Assembly: GCA_023705985.1 (NCBI GenBank)
Contig: BPTO01000003.1
Span: 12,479 to 36,478 of the forward strand
Source: Candidatus Heimdallarchaeota archaeon
GTDB taxonomy: Archaea > Asgardarchaeota > Heimdallarchaeia > Heimdallarchaeales > Heimdallarchaeaceae
Length of the DNA stretch: 24,000 nt
Reading direction: 5' to 3'
In this document: positions 8,663-15,555 of the stretch, piece by piece
How the letters are laid out: each line of letters opens with the position of its first letter
How positions within the stretch are numbered: position 1 is the stretch's first letter
Program-made: the position numbers and the translations under genes
Notes under the pieces: generated by a model
What the model was told of the DNA's origin: nothing
Seen by the model: only the letters and a program-made list of their open reading frames with translations
The model's database searches: none

Positions 8663-9994
8663 ATGTCTTCAGATCGAATCAGAGTACTTATAATGGGAGC
8701 TGCTGGAAGGGATTTTCACAATTTTAATACTTTATATCGTGATAATCCAAAATACGAAATAGTTGCCTTTACAGCAACACAAATTCCTGACATTGTGGAT
8801 AGAAAATATCCAACAGAACTATCTGGTGATCTCTACCCCAATGGAATACCAATTTATGATGAAGCAGATTTATGTCACTTGATTAAAAAACTCAATGTTG
8901 ATGAAGTAGTCTTTAGTTATAGTGATGTTACAAATAATTATGTCATGGCCAAGGGAGCATTAGTTAATGCTATTGGTGCACGATTTTCCATGCTTGGTAC
9001 AAAGGATACACAAGTAAAGACGGACAAACCATTAATTTCTGTTTGCGCTGTTAGAACCGGTTGTGGTAAATCTCAGACTAGTAGAAAAATTGTTGACACG
9101 TTAAGAAAAGCTGGCAAGAAGATTGTTGCTATTAGGCATCCTATGCCTTATGGTGACCTTGCTAAGCAAGCTGTTCAAAGATTCGCAACTTATGAGGATT
9201 TGGATAAACACGAAACCACCATCGAAGAACGTGAAGAATATGAGCCATATATAGATCGAGGTCTTGTTATCTATGCTGGTGTCGACTATGAAGCTATTTT
9301 ACGTGAAGCAGAAAAAGAAGCAGACATTATCCTTTTTGACGGCGGTAATAACGATTTCCCCTTTTACACATCCGATAAGCACTTGAACATTGTAGTTGCA
9401 GATCCACACAGAGTAGGTCATGAAAAGGAATACTATCCAGGAACCATCAACGTTAATCTTGCTGATGTTATCATAGTCAACAAAGTTGTTACTGCAGATT
9501 ATGAAGATATCCTTGAAATAGAAGAGAACCTTCGTGAAATTAATTCTGATGCTATAATTGTCGAAGCAGCTTCACCTATCTTTGTCGATAAACCAGAACT
9601 CGTAAAAGGAAAACGTGTTCTAGTTATTGAAGATGGTCCAACATTAACACACGGTGAAATGGCTTTTGGAGCTGGAATAGTTGCAGCTATGCGTTTTGGA
9701 GCAGGAGAGATAATCGATCCTCGTCCATGGCTAGTTGGATCAATGGCAGATACATTTGAAAAATATCCAGAAATAGGTGTATTATTACCAGCGATGGGTT
9801 ATTTCGATCAACAACTCAAGGATATGGAAGAGACCATCAACGCTGTTGACTGTGATGTTGTTGTTTCAGCTACACCAATCGACATTACCCGCTTAGTTAA
9901 GGTCAACAAACCTATTGTTCGTGTTAAATACGAGCTTGACGAAATCGGTTATCCTACCTTAGAGGACATCTTGAAAGAGAAAGGATTTCTTTAA
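8663..9994 (+). CDS. COG2403-family P-loop protein (annotated in databases as predicted GTPase or cyclic 2,3-diphosphoglycerate synthetase-like)
   Basis: 443-aa ORF with GAGGT 7 nt upstream of the ATG. The N-terminus RVLIMGAAGRDFHNFN, the Walker-A-like AVRTGCGKSQTSR, and RHPMPYGDL and TIEEREEYEP match my recollection of this conserved family. Confidence 0.6.
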   Translation: MSSDRIRVLIMGAAGRDFHNFNTLYRDNPKYEIVAFTATQIPDIVDRKYPTELSGDLYPNGIPIYDEADLCHLIKKLNVDEVVFSYSDVTNNYVMAKGALVNAIGARFSMLGTKDTQVKTDKPLISVCAVRTGCGKSQTSRKIVDTLRKAGKKIVAIRHPMPYGDLAKQAVQRFATYEDLDKHETTIEEREEYEPYIDRGLVIYAGVDYEAILREAEKEADIILFDGGNNDFPFYTSDKHLNIVVADPHRVGHEKEYYPGTINVNLADVIIVNKVVTADYEDILEIEENLREINSDAIIVEAASPIFVDKPELVKGKRVLVIEDGPTLTHGEMAFGAGIVAAMRFGAGEIIDPRPWLVGSMADTFEKYPEIGVLLPAMGYFDQQLKDMEETINAVDCDVVVSATPIDITRLVKVNKPIVRVKYELDEIGYPTLEDILKEKGFL

Positions 9995-10016
9995 TCTTTT
10001 TTTTATTTTTGTTTTT
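9995..10016 (+). terminator. Oligo-T tract directly after the COG2403 gene stop, a candidate archaeal terminator
   Basis: tcttttttttatttttgttttt begins at the first base after the TAA. Archaeal RNA polymerase terminates at T runs. Confidence 0.4.
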
Positions 10017-10042
10017 AATAACTATTTTATTAACTTGTACAC

Positions 10043-10072
10043 CTAGATTATTACTATGGATTTATAATCTAG
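10043..10072. repeat. Perfect 9-bp inverted repeat with a 12-nt loop in a non-coding spacer
   Basis: ctagattat (10043-10051) and ataatctag (10064-10072) are exact reverse complements. Confidence 0.6.
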
Positions 10073-10331
10073 AATAGAGATAGAAATTCAGAACCTTCAC
10101 GAAATAGATTTTCTCTTCCCTTATGAAGTTTCAAAAGATATTAAAACTAATTTCTATCTTTCCCAAATATGAGTAGAATTTTTCTGGAGACGGAGAAGAA
10201 ATCATGTAAAGCGGGTCGATCCTAAAATCCCTTTTGTATTTGTACATAATTCACAAACAATCTTAGAGATTGGCATGACTTATCTTCAGCATATGGTTTA
10301 TCTCCAAATTGATATTCTAATAAAATTACAT

Positions 10332-10727
10332 TTAGTCTTTTGGAAAAGGTTCTTTTGTTTCGATATTATTCCAATGAGAAACTAGTTGCCTTTTTTCTGT
10401 ATGTGATAACTGTTTAATCTTGTATTCTAAACGTGAAGCTTCACTCCTGTTTGTGCAAATCCATGTAGCTAAGAGTCTGTTTACTCCCTTTTTCACCACA
10501 TATTTCGAACCCTTTCCTTTTCTATGTTCAGAGATTCTGCGCTCTACATCTGTAGTTATTCCAGTATAGATTGTGTTATTGCTACATTCCAAGAGATAAA
10601 CAAAGAAATTTTTCTTGTTTGAACATATTCGAACGATATTGCCACAATTCTTACATTGAAAGGAGGCTTGATGATTTTCATACTTTTTCCCGCAAAAATA
10701 ACACAGTTCCACTTTTACATCTTCCAT
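10332..10727 (-). CDS. GIY-YIG nuclease-domain protein with an N-terminal zinc ribbon
   Basis: 131-aa ORF. The N-terminus has CYFC...x13...CKNC. Next comes FFVYLLECSNNTIYTGITTDVERRISEHRKGKGSKYVVKKG...EASRLEYKIKQL, which is the short GIY-YIG (YhbQ/UPF0213/Slx1-like) pattern with the Y..Y-G, R..EH and E residues. Confidence 0.7.
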   Translation of the reverse strand: MEDVKVELCYFCGKKYENHQASFQCKNCGNIVRICSNKKNFFVYLLECSNNTIYTGITTDVERRISEHRKGKGSKYVVKKGVNRLLATWICTNRSEASRLEYKIKQLSHTEKRQLVSHWNNIETKEPFPKD

Positions 10728-10907
10728 TGATTCATTTTGTGTTTACACTTGTTTATTTCTGTTTTTATTTGAAATAGTAGTAGAAATGAATTAAGAAAAC
10801 TAGTAGAAAAATACTTGACGTGGTTGTATCTGATTCCACAGAGTTGGTCACTAAAGCGCTATATTCAAAAGATAAATTTGTATATTAATTAAGAAAAGCT
10901 ACTGTTT

Positions 10908-11489
10908 TCAAGAATCAAACAAATAGTGACAAATAATTGTCAGAACATGAGAAGCTAGGTAGTTGAGTTGCCCCAAACTTATCTGAAGAGCGCCAATCTT
11001 ATACATTACACTTTCTTGTTCAGGAGTCAAATCATGTTGACTTCCCAAAACAAAACAAAGTGAATCACTTCTAGATAGCTCTTTTTTCACATCTAAGAAT
11101 GGCAACCCATTTGGTGTCAAATAATAAATGATTGAATTAGCAGAGGTACGGAGTAATAATTCTTCAAAACTAATTTTTTGTGTTTCACAGTTAAAAACTT
11201 CAGGAGAAGAAAGAAGGTGTATCATAAGGTGAGTAGCTTCAAACTCGTCATCAATTTTTTCAGATAAATTGTGTAAAGGAATAATAATCGCTTTCTCTTC
11301 CTGAGGATGCGATAAGTAAAAAACAAGTTTCAAATCATATTTCAATCGTGACTGCCATCTATGAAGACTAAGAAGACAACGAGCAAGAACATCAACACGT
11401 TCCTTACCAGATACAACGGTTCTAATTTTCTTTGAAGAATCCAAACGAACGGTTCGTGTCGGAATTATAAAAATTAATTGTGGAGGCAA
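10908..11489 (-). CDS. trmY: SPOUT methyltransferase resembling TrmY (tRNA pseudouridine54 N1-methyltransferase, COG1901/DUF358)
   Basis: 193-aa ORF with a TTG start. GKERVDVLARCLLSLHRWQSRLKYDLKLVFYL and IIYYLTPNGLPF...CFVLGSQHDLTPEQESVMYKIGALQISLGQLNYLASHVLTIICHYL parallel the M. jannaschii TrmY segments as I recall them (GRLDLLCRCV..., IYYLHMNGE..., FIIGDH.G....E......ISL.P..L.A.HCITIIHNVL). This is a by-eye alignment only. Confidence 0.6.
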   Translation of the reverse strand: MPPQLIFIIPTRTVRLDSSKKIRTVVSGKERVDVLARCLLSLHRWQSRLKYDLKLVFYLSHPQEEKAIIIPLHNLSEKIDDEFEATHLMIHLLSSPEVFNCETQKISFEELLLRTSANSIIYYLTPNGLPFLDVKKELSRSDSLCFVLGSQHDLTPEQESVMYKIGALQISLGQLNYLASHVLTIICHYLFDS

Positions 11490-11528
11490 AATAATTCCCC
11501 AAAAGAGGATAAATATAGGAAAAAAAAA

Positions 11529-11843
11529 TTATCTTTCTTTTCCTTTTCTATCAGTCTTTTTCCTGATATGGATCCTATGTCTGTGTATGGCACAAGAAAC
11601 ACAATAATAAGCAATCTTACTTACTCGAGGGATAATAGCTCCTTCATCTCGAAGCTCTTTTGCCAATCGATAATCTACAGCGCTTGTATAAACTGTAAAC
11701 TTTTTAGCTTTATCCTGTGCAACAAGTTGACCACAGGAGTGACATTGTACAAGTTTAGATCGACCTCTCTTACCACCGGACCTACCGCCCGACTTTCTTT
11801 TTTTAGGCACGCTTAAATCACCATCATAATAATAACCTAACAT
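11529..11843 (-). CDS. rps26e: Ribosomal protein eS26 (S26e)
   Basis: PKKRKSGGRSGGKRGRSKLVQCHSCGQLV...KAKKF...YYCVSCAIH matches the eS26 zinc-ribbon pattern (C..C ... YCVSCAIH). The track ORF starts at the ATG at 11843. The GTG at 11810, preceded by GGTGAT, would give the canonical MPKKRK N-terminus and is probably the real start. Confidence 0.85.
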   Translation of the reverse strand: MLGYYYDGDLSVPKKRKSGGRSGGKRGRSKLVQCHSCGQLVAQDKAKKFTVYTSAVDYRLAKELRDEGAIIPRVSKIAYYCVSCAIHRHRIHIRKKTDRKGKER

Positions 11844-11884
11844 CTCTTTAAAATTTAACTTTTAAATCTGTTGAAAAATGAGCA

Positions 11885-11910
11885 CCAAGTTTGTCCAAGT
11901 TGTCCAAGTT
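11885..11910. repeat. Three copies of CCAAGTT (two as an exact tandem TGTCCAAGT) upstream of the eS26 gene
   Basis: The sequence is caCCAAGTTtgtCCAAGTTgtCCAAGTTta. Copies lie at 11885-11891, 11895-11901 and 11904-11910. The tandem 9-mer spans 11892-11909. Confidence 0.7.
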
Positions 11911-12033
11911 TATGGAAACAGCTAGTCACCCCCAAAAGTATCAAAATCATTTTTCATTTGTAAAAAACAGCTGATGTGTAAAATAACATGACTAAAACAG
12001 TTAATTTCGAAATAATCTTTGTTATTTAGTCTA

Positions 12034-12408
12034 TTATTCGTCAGAAAATAGTTTTTGGAACATTTGTTTAAAATATTCTTTTGCTTCTACTAGTAGTTTA
12101 TCTCCAATCTCAGTTATCTCATAATATTTTCTATCTATTCTTTCCGTACCACTCCTCATCTCAGCTTTCCTGACAATTCCTTCCCTTTCTAAAAGATAAA
12201 GAACTTTATAGTTAGTAACTGTTGCTGGAGAGAAACCAAACTTTTTACTCATCTCATTTTTTAATTCATAAGCATATTTAGGTGATTCTTTTAGCAGTTT
12301 TAGAACCCAAATCCATAGTAAGTCAATTGTTACATTCTTTTTAAGTCTTTGAAACGCTTTTAAATCTTTTATTTCCTTATATTCTACATTATCTTCTGAA
12401 TAGGACAT
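12034..12408 (-). CDS. PadR-family winged-helix transcriptional regulator
   Basis: 124-aa ORF. YAYELKNEMSKKFGFSPATVTNYKVLYLLEREGIVRKAEMRSGTERIDRKYYEITEIGDKLL is the typical PadR wHTH signature (.GYel......g......g.lY..L..Le..G.i........r.rkyY.iT..G...l). Confidence 0.8.
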   Translation of the reverse strand: MSYSEDNVEYKEIKDLKAFQRLKKNVTIDLLWIWVLKLLKESPKYAYELKNEMSKKFGFSPATVTNYKVLYLLEREGIVRKAEMRSGTERIDRKYYEITEIGDKLLVEAKEYFKQMFQKLFSDE

Positions 12409-12432
12409 TGTATGTTTATTGCAACTCAGTTA

Positions 12433-12441
12433 CTTTAAAAA
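12433..12441 (-). promoter_or_regulatory. Candidate TATA box for the PadR gene, implying a leaderless or near-leaderless mRNA
   Basis: The minus strand reads tttttaaag followed by 24 nt and then the ATG at 12408, which places the box at about -33 to -25 from the start codon. T runs from the uS19 gene end lie just upstream. The AT-rich background makes this weak evidence. Confidence 0.35.
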
Positions 12442-12482
12442 TTTTGCATAAAAAATGAAAAATTAAAATGCGAAAAAGGGAT

Positions 12483-12896
12483 TTATTTGAGTGGAACATA
12501 AAGTGAAGATCTTGTTGCACCAATACCAGGTGATCCGTGTCGTACAACCTTTGTACAGGGAGAAAATTCTCCAAGTATATGGCCTATCATCTGCGGTTTG
12601 ATTTCTACTGTAATGAAATCTTTTCCATTATAAATGCCAACTGTAGCTCCCACCATTTCAGGAAGTATGGGCATATCTCTTATATGGGTTCTAACGGTTA
12701 CTTGTTCTCCCCTTTCAATTGCTTCTACAGACACCCTTATGTTTTCTAATAATTTCTTTCTACGAGTTGTCCAGAATTCTTGACGAGATAAGCTTCTCCT
12801 TCTTCTAGAGGGAAGTAATTCAAGGATCTCATCCATGGATTTTTGTTTGAGTTCATCCAATGTAAATCCTCTATATTTAAATTTCCTAGCTGACAC
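12483..12896 (-). CDS. rps19: Ribosomal protein uS19 (archaeal S19p / eukaryotic S15 type)
   Basis: 137-aa ORF with a GTG start and GGAG 7 nt upstream. FKYRGFTLDEL..., THIRDMPILPEMVGATVGIYNGKDFITVEIKPQMIGHILGEFSPCTKVVRHGSPGIGATRSSLYVPLK is nearly colinear with human RPS15 ([68 protein letters not shown], from memory). Confidence 0.92.
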   Translation of the reverse strand: MSARKFKYRGFTLDELKQKSMDEILELLPSRRRRSLSRQEFWTTRRKKLLENIRVSVEAIERGEQVTVRTHIRDMPILPEMVGATVGIYNGKDFITVEIKPQMIGHILGEFSPCTKVVRHGSPGIGATRSSLYVPLK

Positions 12897-12987
12897 GTAT
12901 ATCTCCGATTTACTACGTTTTAGCTCTCATTTTAAACCTTTTGATTTTTGTGAGCATAATGAAATTAGGAACACACATGTGAATAAT

Positions 12988-13860
12988 TCAAAAAGATAAT
13001 ACAAATTTATTAAGAATCCACCCAATCAGTACTAGAAAAAGAGCAAGAAAGATAGGAATGGGTAAGCCTGGAAATTTTTGAAATTTTAACAGAAAATGTT
13101 CTGTTATCTTTACACCTGTTAAAATACCTATACCTGCAGCAAATCCCAAAATGGAATTAAAATATGTTACTGAAAAAACTACCAATGCTGAGTAAAAGAT
13201 TAAATCCCCAATTCCTATCCTCATTTCAAAAATTCCTATTTTTTTAGAATGTTTAGAAAGGGACGATTTTTCTTCTTGTTTAAAGATTGAAGAAATGGGT
13301 CCTTTAAAGACGGAATATATGTCAAATAATGAGATAATAATTATAAGAGTGAGAAAAGTGCCCATAGGTAAAATTACTCCCATCATAGTTCCAATTATAA
13401 TACTCACTAAAAGGATTATAACATTCTTAACAATTTGATTACCCTTACCAAAAACTATTGTTATTAATGCAGTAGCAGCCACAATTATTCCTAACAGTAT
13501 CCCAATAATTTCTACTACTAAATATTCTTCAAAAAACATATTGTTTAGAAAATAACTGTGTAACCAAGAAAAAACTACTATCGAAAAAAATATCCCCAAA
13601 GAATAAAAAACTTGAATAATTTTTATTAGTTTTTTTCGCATGATGAAAACTATTGCAAAACCGCCTAAAATAGCCATTAAAGCAAGAAAAAGCCCTTCTA
13701 AGGTTTGGGTTCCATAACCACCTTCTCCTTCTGTAAAGAATGTTACAGTATAATTAATTTGAGAATATAACCACCCTATTAAACCGCTGATTATTAGTAT
13801 AGTAGTAATCGGAATGAAAATGGTTTTTTCAACTCTATAAGTTAATGAAAGGAAATTCAT
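12988..13860 (-). CDS. Presenilin/signal-peptide-peptidase-like intramembrane aspartyl protease (peptidase A22 / DUF1119-like)
   Basis: 290-aa ORF with about 9 helices. SLFDIYSVF sits in one helix (aspartate 1; canonical members have YD). GIGDLIFYS sits in the next helix after a cytosolic loop (GxGD, aspartate 2). FPGLPIPIF lies near the C-terminus at the position of the PAL motif. Confidence 0.6.
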   Translation of the reverse strand: MNFLSLTYRVEKTIFIPITTILIISGLIGWLYSQINYTVTFFTEGEGGYGTQTLEGLFLALMAILGGFAIVFIMRKKLIKIIQVFYSLGIFFSIVVFSWLHSYFLNNMFFEEYLVVEIIGILLGIIVAATALITIVFGKGNQIVKNVIILLVSIIIGTMMGVILPMGTFLTLIIIISLFDIYSVFKGPISSIFKQEEKSSLSKHSKKIGIFEMRIGIGDLIFYSALVVFSVTYFNSILGFAAGIGILTGVKITEHFLLKFQKFPGLPIPIFLALFLVLIGWILNKFVLSF

Positions 13861-13920
13861 AGATCCAAAACTCCAGTTGTTTCACTCGTAATATGTGTTT
13901 TTCAAACTCATTTTTATATT

Positions 13921-14343
13921 TCAACTAGTATATGCAAGTTTTATTTTTCCACCATTTTGAACATAATAGGCACTTATTCCAACTTCGGAATAGTACCATG
14001 TTTGTGATACTTGTTTAAAATAATGAAAAGACCAGTAGTTTGGCAGTTGTTCTTTGTACCCATTCACTCCTCGAATATAAGAACCAAATGTATAATTAAC
14101 TATATCTAAATCAGCAATTTTCATAAAAACCTGTAAAGCAGTGCTACCGTTTGAAATAGTAACATTGTGTTCTTCATAATTATCTATCCTTAAACTTCCG
14201 TAATCAATTATTGCCGTAATCACAATATTCCCCCCTACATATTGAGGTTTGGTCTGTTTAACGATATAAAAACCAAGACCACATCCAAGAACAACTAGTA
14301 AAATAATGCTTAAACCCAAGAAAAAATATTTTGTGCGTTTCAT
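13921..14343 (-). CDS. DUF4430-like extracytoplasmic protein with an N-terminal signal anchor or lipobox
   Basis: 140-aa ORF. The N-terminus is MKRTKYFFLGLSIILLVVLGCGLG, with a lipobox-like VLGC. GSTALQVFMKIADLDIVNYTFGSYIRGVNGYKEQ...YWSFHYF...YYVQNGGKIKLAY fits the DUF4430 pattern (t.ldaL......sfG.fi..I.G......yW.y.vN......a..y.l..Gd.i...y). Three sequons. Confidence 0.55.
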   Translation of the reverse strand: MKRTKYFFLGLSIILLVVLGCGLGFYIVKQTKPQYVGGNIVITAIIDYGSLRIDNYEEHNVTISNGSTALQVFMKIADLDIVNYTFGSYIRGVNGYKEQLPNYWSFHYFKQVSQTWYYSEVGISAYYVQNGGKIKLAYTS

Positions 14344-15023
14344 TTTTTATTTTCCTCACATGCTGTTTCAATGTTTCCAGAAGATTCTGATGCATCACTA
14401 ATAAGGAAAAACTTAACGCCTTTATACTTGAATGCCGATTCTATCCGGTTTATCATTGATTTAATCATACTAAATAAAACAAAGTTCCCTACAATGTGGG
14501 TTACTGTAAAAGGTATCCCAAAGATAAGAACTGTTAGTAAATGATTCCAAGTTATTTGTTCTTGAATTATTACCAATTGTCCAAATATAGTTGTTAAAAT
14601 ATCATAAAAACAAGCAAATAATGCACCAAAGACTCCTAGTTCCCAGAAAGACAACTTTAGAAACACTTGTCTCATAGTCCCGCCTAAAAGAGCAAGTATT
14701 CCATAACATAATAGTTTTACAGGTATTAACAAACCAGCAGAACCAAAAATCGGTGTAACTATTAGCTCATAAACAAGTGAGAGCATCATTGCTGAAATTA
14801 TACCATAACGAAATCCAAGGAGTAAAGCTATTAAGAAAATAGTTACAGATATGAATTCAAAGTTTGGTACAAATATCACGAAAGATGATAAAACTATTCC
14901 TAAACTAGCTAATGAAGCCGATATAGACATTTTTAATATTGTAGTAATTCGCTCACTTTCTGGATTAGGAACCTTATTAGATATGCTCATTATGTCACTT
15001 ATATTCTCTTTCACACAAAACAC
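14340..15023 (-). CDS. Six-helix membrane protein resembling an ECF-transporter S (substrate-capture) component
   Basis: The ORF is 227 aa from the GTG at 15023. An alternative ATG at 14990 gives MSISNK... About 6 helices and the size are typical of S components. Its stop overlaps the DUF4430-like start by 4 nt (ATGA, 14340-14343). The assignment rests on topology plus context, not on a diagnostic motif. Confidence 0.4.
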   Translation of the reverse strand: MFCVKENISDIMSISNKVPNPESERITTILKMSISASLASLGIVLSSFVIFVPNFEFISVTIFLIALLLGFRYGIISAMMLSLVYELIVTPIFGSAGLLIPVKLLCYGILALLGGTMRQVFLKLSFWELGVFGALFACFYDILTTIFGQLVIIQEQITWNHLLTVLIFGIPFTVTHIVGNFVLFSMIKSMINRIESAFKYKGVKFFLISDASESSGNIETACEENKK

Positions 15024-15081
15024 AAAAGTTTTTCCATTAGTCTTTCTAAGAAGTATAAAAGTATTTCAGTTCAAAATTGAT

Positions 15082-15555
15082 TCATTTTCTCACAGCTGGT
15101 GTAGAAGATAAAACACTCTTTGAAACGTATATAGGGGCGTCAGCTATTATAGCAAGTAAAGTTGCGTGACTTGGAACTACTTGGAAATGTTGAACTTCTG
15201 AAAAACCTTCCAAACGAATCGTCACGGTAGCTTGATATGTAGTTGAGTATGGTACAACAGAATCAATGACAACTTTTTCAACAATTAACACCTCCGGAAT
15301 AAGTTCAGCTATTGTAAGTCGAGAATCATTACTTTCCAAATTATTAAGTCTACTAGTAATTTCAATTGCAATAGAAACAGGTATGTTAGCCATAAGAAAA
15401 TTTTCACCATTTTCAAGTTCAAAGCTTAAAAGCGGTATTTCTGTGAATCTTCCTTTTTTACTCTCTTCTTCTGAAGCAAAAACATCAGGACTCGCAGTTA
15501 AAACTTCAATTTGTATAGCCCTATAAACTTCTTCATCCTCAGAAAAAGGTTCCAT
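15082..15555 (-). CDS. Divergent bifunctional-nuclease-domain (BFN/DUF151)-like protein
   Basis: 157-aa ORF. IPLLSFELENGENFLMANIPVSIAIEITSRLNN....SRLTIAELIPE...VEKVVIDSVVPYSTTYQATVTIRL......QVVPSHATLLAIIADAPIYVSKSVL is colinear with the BFN consensus I recall (pvvlL.e..g.r.LpI.Ig..EA.aI...l.g...RPlTHDLl.......v..V.I.....tfyA.l.l......iDaRPSDAiaLAlr..aPIyV.e.vl). The RP.THD and DaRPSD positions are substituted. Confidence 0.45.
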   Translation of the reverse strand: MEPFSEDEEVYRAIQIEVLTASPDVFASEEESKKGRFTEIPLLSFELENGENFLMANIPVSIAIEITSRLNNLESNDSRLTIAELIPEVLIVEKVVIDSVVPYSTTYQATVTIRLEGFSEVQHFQVVPSHATLLAIIADAPIYVSKSVLSSTPAVRK

